The notes under the pieces were generated by a model. It had not been told where the DNA came from. It did no database searches and saw nothing but the letters and a program-made list of their open reading frames with translations. From positions 1 to 63,966 of the IMG/VR virus record IMGVR_UViG_3300033112_000364: DNA of 63,966 nucleotides; one strand, 5' to 3'. Origin of the DNA: a virus. This document shows positions 8,768 through 17,447 of this stretch, in pieces. Both the position numbers and the translations under genes were made by a program. Position 1 is the first letter of the stretch, and each line of letters opens with the position of its first letter.

Positions 8768-10398
8768 CTGATTAGAGTCCTTTTTCTCCGCAGACTGTCT
8801 ATAAACTCTTGAGCCGTTGTGCCGGGTCTCCGCTCTTTCATTTCTTCAAACATTCCATCAAATTGTGCTTGCGAAATATATCTGATATATTCTTGAGGAG
8901 CAACTTCACCTAAATCAAATTTGAGATTAGTAGTGTAATTTCCCCAATCCTCGCCCATATTCTTCACAAACGTGTCTTTGAGACCTCTCAAAACATTTGT
9001 CATCAAACCGTCTATAATAGCAGTATTCAGCTTATAGTCATTACCGATTTGAGCGAAAATTTGAGTATACATCTCACGTTCTGATTCAGTAACCTGCGCG
9101 CCTGAACGCAATGCGATAAATTCAGTAACAAGGAATTTGATGTCTGAAAACAAAGAGGCGACTTCAGGATCATTAGGTATTATGTCACCCCCAGTTCTCC
9201 TTGCAATTGCCTCAACAAATGCTGTCAGCTTACCCAAATCTTTACCTTGAGATTGTAAAAGATCAATTCTTTTTTGAATTTCAGGAAGATGCACTTGAAG
9301 TATTTCACGAGCGAGCAGATTTCTTTTAGCGATTTCTCCACCAGGTGCATTTTCAAAAATCTCATCTGCTGCTAAAAAAGCAACTGCTTTTTTGTTCTGC
9401 GGATCAGATGCCATCTGTTCAAAAGTTCTACCTCTTAAAAAACTATCAATATCGTGGGCCCACGCTTTTCTGTTACCAACCGGCATCATACTACCGATTT
9501 TACGAATCATGTAGTTATTAGAAAAATCATCTTTGTATTTATTGAAGATTTCCTCTGCTCTCTGCGTGTCTGTTATGCTACCTGGCGAAGGTTCTTTTTG
9601 TAAGATGCGAGGTGAGGTTTTACCGCCAGCGATTTCTGCTTTTTGCTGGTTTTTCCAAGCTTCCCATTCCTCATCTTTCATACCAGCAGGCTTTTCAAGT
9701 GCATCAATAATGTTTGTTTTTGCACCAAGCTCTTGCTCGGTTGTTTCTTCAGGTGTTTTCTGTTCTGGCTTTTCTGTGGTATCACGCATGAACGCTGCAG
9801 CAGGATCAACATTTGAATCAATTTCTTCATTCATTTGTATTGCACGTTGTTCAGGCGTTTGTGCTTTTCCAGTCGTTCTTTCTTGCTGGCGAATTTGTTT
9901 TGGTGTCATTTCCAATTCAGTAGCAAAACTACTGGATTGCACATCATCAGAAGCACCTAATAAAGCAAGTTTGGCAGTCTCAGGAGTTGACGAAGACGCA
10001 GCTTCACGAAAATCCTTTGTTTTGTTGTATAAATCAGGATCAATATCTTTTATGATAGCTGCGAGATAGTCAACAGTTGTATAGTCCTTGTCTTTGACTG
10101 CTGCCACATAAGCATTTTTGAGCCAATGCGATTGTCCCATCTCAACGAGTTGTAGTGCCTGTTCGTGTAGTTTTTCTTTTAGTTTGATTTGTTCTTCTAC
10201 ATTTTTTTTCTGTTCCTTGAGCAAATCCCCCTTCGCTGCCATTTCTGCACGTAGCAAGGCAGCCTCTTGACCAGAGACATCACCATTACCTTTCGCAAAG
10301 TGGGCGTTCATCAGTTCGGTGACGAGATCAGTTGCTGGTTTCGGAGTGGTATCTGCAGCTTGATTACCAGATTGTAATGTGCCTGCTATACTTTGCAT
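8764..10398 (-). CDS. hypothetical virion-module protein (544 aa)
   Basis: Long ORF coupled to its neighbours. The N-terminal half is Lys/Glu-rich and coiled-coil-like. No catalytic motif seen. Confidence 0.5.
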   Translation of the reverse strand: MQSIAGTLQSGNQAADTTPKPATDLVTELMNAHFAKGNGDVSGQEAALLRAEMAAKGDLLKEQKKNVEEQIKLKEKLHEQALQLVEMGQSHWLKNAYVAAVKDKDYTTVDYLAAIIKDIDPDLYNKTKDFREAASSSTPETAKLALLGASDDVQSSSFATELEMTPKQIRQQERTTGKAQTPEQRAIQMNEEIDSNVDPAAAFMRDTTEKPEQKTPEETTEQELGAKTNIIDALEKPAGMKDEEWEAWKNQQKAEIAGGKTSPRILQKEPSPGSITDTQRAEEIFNKYKDDFSNNYMIRKIGSMMPVGNRKAWAHDIDSFLRGRTFEQMASDPQNKKAVAFLAADEIFENAPGGEIAKRNLLAREILQVHLPEIQKRIDLLQSQGKDLGKLTAFVEAIARRTGGDIIPNDPEVASLFSDIKFLVTEFIALRSGAQVTESEREMYTQIFAQIGNDYKLNTAIIDGLMTNVLRGLKDTFVKNMGEDWGNYTTNLKFDLGEVAPQEYIRYISQAQFDGMFEEMKERRPGTTAQEFIDSLRRKRTLIR

Positions 10399-10405
10399 AT
10401 TTCAC

Positions 10406-11251
10406 CTATGGAAGTTGGAAAGCATCTATAAGCCATTGCGCGCCAAATGCTTGTTCTAATAATCCCATTTGCTGTGGGTTGCCCATATACATCTTACCCA
10501 AACGACTCCCCTCGTGAATCTTGTGTTGTGTGATATGTTGTTTTATTTCTTCTTTTGAACTGTTGGCAGTCAACCCAGCAGACATAGATGCATCAGTTCC
10601 TTGCGTAGTTTGCGTGGTTTCTGGTGTTACGACTTTCCCTTCTGCGTCAAATTGAACTTTGCCGAACTGGGTTGGTACGGTAGTGTTCTTGGGGGGTTGA
10701 CCTTCAGTCATCTGATCTTTGCTACCACCACTTTCGTCCTTGTCACCAATACCAAGTGCTTTCCGCAGAGGTGAATCCGTTGTAGCTACATTGAACGCAG
10801 TTGAGGTAACAGCATTTCCTAAAGATGACCAATCTTTCTGTTCTTCTGCTCTATTTGCTTGATCTGTCCAAGCTTCTGCATGAGCGATGTTGTCTTCCAG
10901 TTCTGCTTCTCTATCATCAAGCCAATCGTCTGCTCGTTGACGGACGGCTCTCTCTTGACCACTACTTACTGACTCCGAAAACTCACCACCCAAACCTTTC
11001 GCAGCCATACTCGCAGCTAAAGAATTCCGAACCTCTGCTCCACTCCGTCTCGCTCGTCTACGAGTTGTTCGGGCGGTTCGTTGGAAAGCATCTCGAAACG
11101 GATTAGGATCAAACTTGAATGGATTATCGTCTTGTAATGCTCCAACTATACCACCACCAATTGTTGCGGCTCCAATAAGAAAGGGATTAGCTGATGGTGC
11201 AGCTGCTAATCCGCCCGCAACGCCAGTTGTAAATGCTTTTCTAACTCCCAT
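10406..11251 (-). CDS. Gly/Ala-rich membrane-segment protein (281 aa), possible internal/ejection protein
   Basis: N-terminal segment GVAGGLAAAPSANPFLIGAATIGGGIVGAL is followed by DDNPFKFDPNPF and an Arg-rich patch (RTTRRRARRSG). Confidence 0.5.
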   Translation of the reverse strand: MGVRKAFTTGVAGGLAAAPSANPFLIGAATIGGGIVGALQDDNPFKFDPNPFRDAFQRTARTTRRRARRSGAEVRNSLAASMAAKGLGGEFSESVSSGQERAVRQRADDWLDDREAELEDNIAHAEAWTDQANRAEEQKDWSSLGNAVTSTAFNVATTDSPLRKALGIGDKDESGGSKDQMTEGQPPKNTTVPTQFGKVQFDAEGKVVTPETTQTTQGTDASMSAGLTANSSKEEIKQHITQHKIHEGSRLGKMYMGNPQQMGLLEQAFGAQWLIDAFQLP

Positions 11252-11501
11252 CAGATTCTCCTATATCTAACTTGTTTGTTACCAATGTGTCGTTTTCTTT
11301 AAAACATGAATTACACCGAAAAATAAAGCTCGGTTGCTTTTCTGGTGTAATATATTCTGAAAATGGTAGTCTAATCTTTATACCTTCAAGATCGGTAAAC
11401 ATACATTTGCAGTCTTCACAATGAAACACTTTCCTGTATTCTTGAAGCATTATGTTAAGTTGTTCTTCTGAATAAACCCTTTTTCTTTTTACTCTTGTCA
11501 T
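11241..11501 (-). CDS. small zinc-ribbon-like protein (86 aa)
   Basis: Cys pairs CEDCKC ... CNSC. Confidence 0.55.
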   Translation of the reverse strand: MTRVKRKRVYSEEQLNIMLQEYRKVFHCEDCKCMFTDLEGIKIRLPFSEYITPEKQPSFIFRCNSCFKENDTLVTNKLDIGESDGS

Positions 11502-11787
11502 AGTCTTTTATTTTACCATGCCGTTTCGCATGGCACTCCCCACATAGTGAAATTAAATCTTCCATGTTTTCACGGAAGATACGGTCATAGGTTAGGTGAT
11601 GCACTTGCTTTGCTGGCTTTCCACAATCTTGACAAACTCCCTTATCACGCTTTAGAACCGCCCTACGTATCTCATGCCACTTGCCAGAACGAATGTAAGA
11701 AGCATAGATAGCTGGATTATAGGGAACTCTCGGAGTTCTCGGTAATCTCCGTTTGTTTGTCTTGAGCCAAGGGCGAAGTTTGCTCAT
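11455..11787 (-). CDS. HNH endonuclease
   Basis: CQDCG..VHHLTYDR..LISLCGECHAKRH matches the HNH / Cys-box signature. Confidence 0.85.
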   Translation of the reverse strand: MSKLRPWLKTNKRRLPRTPRVPYNPAIYASYIRSGKWHEIRRAVLKRDKGVCQDCGKPAKQVHHLTYDRIFRENMEDLISLCGECHAKRHGKIKDYDKSKKKKGLFRRTT

Positions 11788-12023
11788 TTTTTCGCACTGC
11801 GGTTTCGCATGATGTAAGGTAATGGTCTACGGTTAGAAGGTGTTCGTTTCTTCTTCTTTTCGTCAGAAAGACGTTGCAAGGGGCGGTTGTAAGTTTCCAC
11901 CTTGACACCTTTCTTCTTATCCTTTAGCGAAACGAATTTACCTGTCTTTTCATCTCTACCGATTGAAAAAGGGTTGCCGTTATTTTTAGGATTCATTTTC
12001 ATCATAGTTCTCCAATGCGTCAT
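11784..12023 (-). CDS. small very basic protein (79 aa)
   Basis: K/R-rich ORF coupled to the HNH gene. It competes with the overlapping ORF 11717..11908. Confidence 0.45.
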   Translation of the reverse strand: MTHWRTMMKMNPKNNGNPFSIGRDEKTGKFVSLKDKKKGVKVETYNRPLQRLSDEKKKKRTPSNRRPLPYIMRNRSAKK

Positions 12024-12516
12024 TTATAATGTCTAATATCCACCCACGCGTATTTTGTAGATGAGTTAATGCTAAAGAAAAAGACCTACCTAAAGGAACA
12101 TAGGATACCAAAGAGGTACCTAACAAATAGCAAGCAGATGAGGTTTGATGACAGAGCATCTCTCGTTGAGAAGCATTGTCAGGGAGTTCCGCAGGATATT
12201 CTAAATCTGTTATGTCAATAGGTTTATATTCTTTGTAATCATTAGCAATCGCTGTGTTGCACCAGCGTTCTGTTTCTCGTAACGAAACAATATAAGCATC
12301 ATAATCCCAGTTATTACCAACGATTTCTTCTGTCAGATGTATCTGATTCACCATCTGAAAAACTTCTCTGATTTTGCTTCTGAAATCATCAAAATCAGAT
12401 TTGACAAGTTTCCAAAGCTTGACTTGTCCTGATTCGTTTGGCGGCTTATAGGTCAAATCGTGCTGCACTCTTGCGAGTAGATTTTCTCGCGCTGTGTTCT
12501 CATTCTGTTCATTCAT
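11986..12516 (-). CDS. hypothetical protein (176 aa)
   Basis: Long ORF in the same-strand array. No motif recognised. Confidence 0.7.
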   Translation of the reverse strand: MNEQNENTARENLLARVQHDLTYKPPNESGQVKLWKLVKSDFDDFRSKIREVFQMVNQIHLTEEIVGNNWDYDAYIVSLRETERWCNTAIANDYKEYKPIDITDLEYPAELPDNASQREMLCHQTSSACYLLGTSLVSYVPLGRSFSLALTHLQNTRGWILDIINDALENYDENES

Positions 12517-12791
12517 ATATCATTCTCCAATTCAATGAGAGGTTCTTTCAAACCTTTCGTGAGTTTACAATGTAAAGTTTTTTTGTAATGCATTTTAACT
12601 GCGTCTACAGCTTCCATATAAGAATTATACTGACATTCAAAATGAATAAAATCCATTTGAAATTGATAAGATTCAGTAAATCGCAACCAGAAAATCCCTA
12701 ACACACGATGCTCAACTAAAAACCTTGTGTTCTGTTTCCATCGCACTACAGGAATAATACGGTACCTTTTTCTCATTGTTTTATTGTCCAA
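12513..12791 (-). CDS. hypothetical protein (92 aa)
   Basis: ORF overlaps its neighbours by a few nt (coupled). Confidence 0.6.
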   Translation of the reverse strand: MDNKTMRKRYRIIPVVRWKQNTRFLVEHRVLGIFWLRFTESYQFQMDFIHFECQYNSYMEAVDAVKMHYKKTLHCKLTKGLKEPLIELENDI

Positions 12792-13240
12792 TTTTCACTT
12801 TGCCTAATTTGATCAATGAGTGGTGTGTCAGGATTAAGTCCGCTTACCCAGCTTGATGAATGTGCTTCTATCCATTCGGTAGTTGGAAAAGTTCCCTCAA
12901 ATCTATAGGCACGGTCATCTATATAGAGAATAGCTGGCGGCTTGGAACTGGGAAACTCTAATCTTCCTATCAGTTCAAAATCTGGTAGTTCAAATGTTCT
13001 GATTCTCTTTCTCCACTCTTGGTCTGCTTTCTCTATGAATGCTTTCATAGCTTCTATGCCACCAGGTTGACCACTTCTTGCTGAATAGACAGCAACCCTG
13101 TAATTTGCGAGGTAGTAGTATAATTGAGATATAGCGTGCGGCACAATAGGGTCTGGTATTACATCAGCACCTTGCCACCCTGAGAGGTAACTATGAATTA
13201 CACCGTCAAAATCTACGCAGATCGTTTTTTTTACTTCCAT
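12773..13240 (-). CDS. HAD-superfamily phosphatase (nucleotidase-like)
   Basis: HAD motif I is DFDGV, motif II is YSARS, a Lys lies in SSKPPA, and motif IV is YIDDRA. Confidence 0.6.
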   Translation of the reverse strand: MEVKKTICVDFDGVIHSYLSGWQGADVIPDPIVPHAISQLYYYLANYRVAVYSARSGQPGGIEAMKAFIEKADQEWRKRIRTFELPDFELIGRLEFPSSKPPAILYIDDRAYRFEGTFPTTEWIEAHSSSWVSGLNPDTPLIDQIRQSENWTIKQ

Positions 13241-13258
13241 TCTTTCTCCCCTTTATTA

Positions 13259-13681
13259 TTACCCAGAGTCTATCACTTCATCATGAAGTTCTATTTTAGA
13301 TAGATCATTAGCAACGTGTATGCCTAAAATAATTTTTTCAAAATTCATGGTGATAGCAATGTCAGCATCTCGGAATAATACTTTGATTTCTCCAAATTCT
13401 TTCAATTGACATTTATACCAAGTTCGTTTCATATTAAGCATTCTTGAGTCTAATCCATCATTCGTAATACTGAAAATACCATTTATATTTAGATTGGTGT
13501 AAATGTGGAATTTCTCAATGTGGGATTCCTCCCAATCTTCCCAATCTTCTCTATTTTCACAATTATCAGAGTCTCTTTGTGGAATCAATTCATGGCATTC
13601 CTCAAGTGTTTTGAAGTCATGCCGTTGCACTTCTTCTATACTCATAATAATTGATTCAGTAAAATTTTCAATAATTTTCAT
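13259..13681 (-). CDS. hypothetical protein (140 aa)
   Basis: ORF in the array with an acidic W/E-rich stretch. Confidence 0.6.
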   Translation of the reverse strand: MKIIENFTESIIMSIEEVQRHDFKTLEECHELIPQRDSDNCENREDWEDWEESHIEKFHIYTNLNINGIFSITNDGLDSRMLNMKRTWYKCQLKEFGEIKVLFRDADIAITMNFEKIILGIHVANDLSKIELHDEVIDSG

Positions 13682-14523
13682 TTGATTCCTGCAAATAGTG
13701 ATAGTTGTTTCGGTTTACACTGCGATATATGCACAATATCAGGACTAAATATCAACACTTCCTCTTTCTTTCTTATATTCCCATCGCCAAGTCTTTTGAG
13801 ATGTAGTTTGGCGAAATCTTCGTAAAGCTCGCGAACGAAAGGCACATCGTTGTAACTCAACATCCATCGTTTACGATCCTTTAACAAATTGAATAAATCG
13901 CGGTGCTTGAAATCTGCATGGTATTCTTTTGAGTTCCCATAAAGACAATCTCGTAGTTGTGAATAAGGTGGATCAAGATACAATAAATGATCGGGGTGTC
14001 TGGCGATGGTATCAAACGCATCACTCACCTGAACTGAAAACCCAGTTATATCAAATTTGGAAACACGATCCAAGACGCCTGGTGTAAGTCGGTCTTTAAA
14101 GTTGGAGCGGAGACTATAATCATTGAATGCAATTGAGCGAAAAGACATTCGGGTTAAAAGGAAGTATAACAATGCACGCTTGTAATTGCACTCTTCTTTG
14201 AAATAGTCTCCGTTATGGATACCAGTGAAATACTCACGTGATTCACTTTTCAACAACTCCACAACATCAACAACAAATTGATTTGGCGATTTTGGGAAAA
14301 CATTCCAAAAATTCACAACAGGTTCAAACTTATCATATCCGATCACCTTGACACCACGAGAGGCAAGATTCAATTCAATCGCACCTCCCCCGAAAAAAGG
14401 TGATACCACCTCTTTTGTGTGAATTGGGAAATACTGCATAAATGTTCTAAATAGCCAGAACTTCCCACCAACGTATTGAATAGGTGAATTCAAAACTTTC
14501 ATCAATTTTAGCTGGGTTCGCAT
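13678..14523 (-). CDS. dam: Dam-type N6-adenine DNA methyltransferase (D12/alpha class)
   Basis: YVGGK near the N-terminus, SAM motif PFFGGGA, catalytic motif LDPPY. Motif order is I then IV. Confidence 0.85.
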   Translation of the reverse strand: MRTQLKLMKVLNSPIQYVGGKFWLFRTFMQYFPIHTKEVVSPFFGGGAIELNLASRGVKVIGYDKFEPVVNFWNVFPKSPNQFVVDVVELLKSESREYFTGIHNGDYFKEECNYKRALLYFLLTRMSFRSIAFNDYSLRSNFKDRLTPGVLDRVSKFDITGFSVQVSDAFDTIARHPDHLLYLDPPYSQLRDCLYGNSKEYHADFKHRDLFNLLKDRKRWMLSYNDVPFVRELYEDFAKLHLKRLGDGNIRKKEEVLIFSPDIVHISQCKPKQLSLFAGIK

Positions 14524-14711
14524 ATTGTCTCAACAATTACAATACCACATTGTTGTAGTTCACATTTCCAAATTTGATATTCAGCAACGTCAATCTCGCG
14601 AGAAAAGTCAACTTTCATCTCTTTTTCTAACTCACGTAATACATCTAAACGGTGATTCCATTCCTCTAAATCACTATGTGGTAGGAAGCGATCAGGATAA
14701 CGAGTAGACAT
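14508..14711 (-). CDS. hypothetical protein (67 aa)
   Basis: Short coupled ORF. Confidence 0.5.
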   Translation of the reverse strand: MSTRYPDRFLPHSDLEEWNHRLDVLRELEKEMKVDFSREIDVAEYQIWKCELQQCGIVIVETICEPS

Positions 14712-14717
14712 TTTTTT

Positions 14718-15044
14718 TTACAACGGGACTTTATCTAAAATGGTTTCAGATACTTTTATGTGATTTACGAGCCACGGGACTCGTATTTTCACATAGTCTT
14801 CACAAATCTGAACAACACTGACAATTTGACCAACACGCAGATTTACTGCTCTATGTGTTCTGGTTTGCTGAATAAAATGATCTTCTGTAATACGAGCATT
14901 ATCACCATCTTTCAACTGAATCTCTTTGAGCCATCGACTTACTGTAGATTTATGCACACCATAATAGTCAGCTGTTTTTCGCTCACTATCAAATTCGCGA
15001 TAGCGTTGCATTAAGTCAAAAGGTATTGGAATCTTTTCTCTCAT
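14718..15044 (-). CDS. helix-turn-helix DNA-binding protein (108 aa)
   Basis: ADYYGVHKSTVSRWLKE is a typical HTH segment. Confidence 0.5.
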   Translation of the reverse strand: MREKIPIPFDLMQRYREFDSERKTADYYGVHKSTVSRWLKEIQLKDGDNARITEDHFIQQTRTHRAVNLRVGQIVSVVQICEDYVKIRVPWLVNHIKVSETILDKVPL

Positions 15045-15071
15045 CTCTATCCTCTAATTTTGATAAAATCA

Positions 15072-15380
15072 TTACCTGTATTCTGATATAGCAGACTGAA
15101 TATTCTTTAGATCGGTTTTTGTGCGAGACAATTCTCTTGTCAGTAACTCAACCCTTGAGCGAAGTTTTTTGTTTTCTACTTCAAGTTGATCTATACCACG
15201 AGAATCACGAATCACTTGCAGTTCTTTCTCTTTCGCTTCCAAACGTTCTCTTATCGTGGTCACTTCATCACGCAGTTTGTTTATCTCTTTTTCTTGGCTA
15301 TCTAAAAGAGACGCTACTTTTTGTGACGTTGTAATAACGTGTTTCTTCTCAGGGTTTCTGTTTCGCAACTTTTCTCGCAT
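15072..15380 (-). CDS. coiled-coil protein (102 aa)
   Basis: Heptad-like E/K/L/R-rich sequence throughout. Confidence 0.55.
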   Translation of the reverse strand: MREKLRNRNPEKKHVITTSQKVASLLDSQEKEINKLRDEVTTIRERLEAKEKELQVIRDSRGIDQLEVENKKLRSRVELLTRELSRTKTDLKNIQSAISEYR

Positions 15381-15546
15381 TTCGTGACCTTTTCTTACGT
15401 TTGCGTTCCCTTTTGGCTGCTGCCCGCTTTAGATAGTATTCACGAGATTCAGCACTTTGTTCACGTTCTTTTTCTTTCGGAAGTGTCGGTGTCATGTAAT
15501 GTGCAGCAGCACCTATGAACAAAAAAAATAAATCGTCTTTTCTCAT
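15349..15546 (-). CDS. small membrane protein with a basic tail; candidate lysis-cassette component
   Basis: Hydrophobic N-terminus (LFFLFIGAAAHYM) followed by a K/R-rich tail. It lies downstream of the endolysin. Confidence 0.35.
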   Translation of the reverse strand: MRKDDLFFLFIGAAAHYMTPTLPKEKEREQSAESREYYLKRAAAKRERKRKKRSRNARKVAKQKP

Positions 15547-15555
15547 AATAATTGT

Positions 15556-15798
15556 TCATTCTACCATCAGATTTAACATTTTCTCACAAGCAAGTCGGAA
15601 ATCATGAAGTTTCGCAAGAGCATTATGCTTAGCTTTTTCAAGATCAGCAGCGTTTTCAGGAATTTCGTCTTGAATCAATTTTTGTGCATTATGAACCCTT
15701 CTCTCAATGGAGACACGGATTTTCTGTGCTGGTAGTGCGTCCTCTACGGCATTCTTCTCATCGTCATGATGATGTGTAATCTTATCTATAATATTCAT
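15556..15798 (-). CDS. hypothetical protein (80 aa)
   Basis: ORF in the array. Confidence 0.55.
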   Translation of the reverse strand: MNIIDKITHHHDDEKNAVEDALPAQKIRVSIERRVHNAQKLIQDEIPENAADLEKAKHNALAKLHDFRLACEKMLNLMVE

Positions 15799-15835
15799 TT
15801 GTTTCCTTCCTTTCAGCGTTGATAAACTTTTCTAA

Positions 15836-16588
15836 TCATGGTTTCAGGTCATTATCCACAACAGATTCTTCTCCAAGAATACTTGATACGTGTGTGTTAT
15901 GTTCTTTCAAATACATTCTCAACATCTGATTAACACTCTTGCGTGTGCCTTGTAGTTCTGTACCTGTTCCGGGATAAAAGTCCAGCCGTTGATCAAGTGG
16001 CATGCTACGCGGATACACATAGAGTTCTACGCTATTGGGATTATCGTGAATATCGATATGCCAGATAGCATTATCATCGGGTAAAGTTTCGTGAGTGTCT
16101 GGTGTTAGATTAGAGACATGCACAACATGATCAGCTTCCGTTTGTGTTTCCGCAGGTATTGGATGCACAGTGCCACTGGAATGACTAACGGCTTCAGCGA
16201 CAATCAAAGATGCAGCAGCTGTAGGTTTCTCTGCTTTGTGTTCAATGAAACTGAACTCATACACGTGAACAATAGTGGTTGTTCCGTCTCTGCCCGGCAG
16301 TCCCGGTGGACCCATATTACCGTCTGTGCCATCGCGACCATCTTTACCGTCTGTGCCATCGCGACCATCTTTACCGTCTGTGCCATCTGCCCCTGTAGGA
16401 CCCGGCACAAGTTGAACGCAAATACTATCAAATCCATCTTGTAGACAGACTGTATCCTCACCTGTACTGTTAAGGTATCTATCCACATCGTCAACCGTTA
16501 ACATGGGGCCCGTATATGGCACATCAGAACAGGCGAACACCAAGAACATCATGAACAAAAGCAAAACACTGATGAGTTTCATAATCAA
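15836..16588 (-). CDS. secreted lipoprotein with a collagen-like G-X-Y repeat
   Basis: Signal peptide plus a lipobox-like LVFAC. It contains GPTGADGTDGKDGRDGTDGKDGRDGTDGNMGPPGLPGRDG. Confidence 0.7.
   Translation of the reverse strand: MIMKLISVLLLFMMFLVFACSDVPYTGPMLTVDDVDRYLNSTGEDTVCLQDGFDSICVQLVPGPTGADGTDGKDGRDGTDGKDGRDGTDGNMGPPGLPGRDGTTTIVHVYEFSFIEHKAEKPTAAASLIVAEAVSHSSGTVHPIPAETQTEADHVVHVSNLTPDTHETLPDDNAIWHIDIHDNPNSVELYVYPRSMPLDQRLDFYPGTGTELQGTRKSVNQMLRMYLKEHNTHVSSILGEESVVDNDLKP
16319..16388. repeat. Perfect 27-bp tandem repeat (2.6 copies) encoding the collagen-like GTDGKDGRD units
   Basis: accgtctgtgccatcgcgaccatcttt repeats head to tail. Confidence 0.95.
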
Positions 16589-16644
16589 ATTCCTTATGTG
16601 AAGTTTGCGGGTGGTAACAGATACCGTCCATTTATTAAAGAGAG

Positions 16645-17439
16645 TTAATCAACATAAAAATACTTTTCTTCTCCAGTATCTATTACAAGAGCAATGTGTC
16701 TATACCTTGAATAGTTTGTTTTAGCAGCATTTGATAACAATAATTCGTTTGATGCTACTTCCCAGTTTTGACATTTTACTGCATCTATAAAATTTACAAA
16801 TTTTTTGAAATGAGGTAAACCAAGATTGAACAGCACATCAACAATAGCTTCTTTTCTAACTTCATCAATTTTATACCATACATCGTCACCCAATATTGAT
16901 ATAGCTGAGTTGACTGTTTCTTTCAGATCGTGTGCCAACAGCAATTCTATATCGTGATTTGAGAGTGGATTAGAAAATATTTGATTAGCAACATCTAATC
17001 TGTTTATATAAACCCTTTGCTGCTTTATCATCGTATTTTCCATAATATATCGTAAGTCTGTATTCGGAACTATTGACAAAAGTTCATCTATTGAAATTCC
17101 GTTGGTTTGGAGTGATCTGCCAACCCCGATTGTAAGAATACCCAACTTGTCTTTATACACTACATTTTTGATACCTTCCTCTACTGACATCAATTTTGTC
17201 AATCTTGATAAAGGTAATTGGGCTTCAACCTCATATTTATCTATATGATAAATATGAGGTGATTCTGTTTCAGGATTAATCTCTATTTCTGCAGAATCAG
17301 GCCCTTGGTCTAATCTATTCAAAATATTATTGATGTTTTGAGCTTCATTTAAGTTTAATATAATAAGAACAGTACTCAACCCTATCACCGTTATTATTAT
17401 TATTATTAAAGAATAATGCCCAATACCTAAATTTTTCAC
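16645..17439 (-). CDS. T4-lysozyme-type (GH24) endolysin with an N-terminal transmembrane/signal-anchor segment
   Basis: EEGIKNVVYKDKLGILTIGVGR aligns with the T4 lysozyme core [21 protein letters not shown]. The N-terminus is YSLIIIIITVIGLSTVLIILNL. Confidence 0.85.
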   Translation of the reverse strand: MKNLGIGHYSLIIIIITVIGLSTVLIILNLNEAQNINNILNRLDQGPDSAEIEINPETESPHIYHIDKYEVEAQLPLSRLTKLMSVEEGIKNVVYKDKLGILTIGVGRSLQTNGISIDELLSIVPNTDLRYIMENTMIKQQRVYINRLDVANQIFSNPLSNHDIELLLAHDLKETVNSAISILGDDVWYKIDEVRKEAIVDVLFNLGLPHFKKFVNFIDAVKCQNWEVASNELLLSNAAKTNYSRYRHIALVIDTGEEKYFYVD

Positions 17440-17447
17440 TGTTTACA

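Noticed and set aside
16118-16494. Two overlapping ORFs (plus strand 108 aa, minus strand 96 aa) across the collagen repeat
   Set aside because: They are frame shadows of the G-X-Y repeat region inside the lipoprotein gene.
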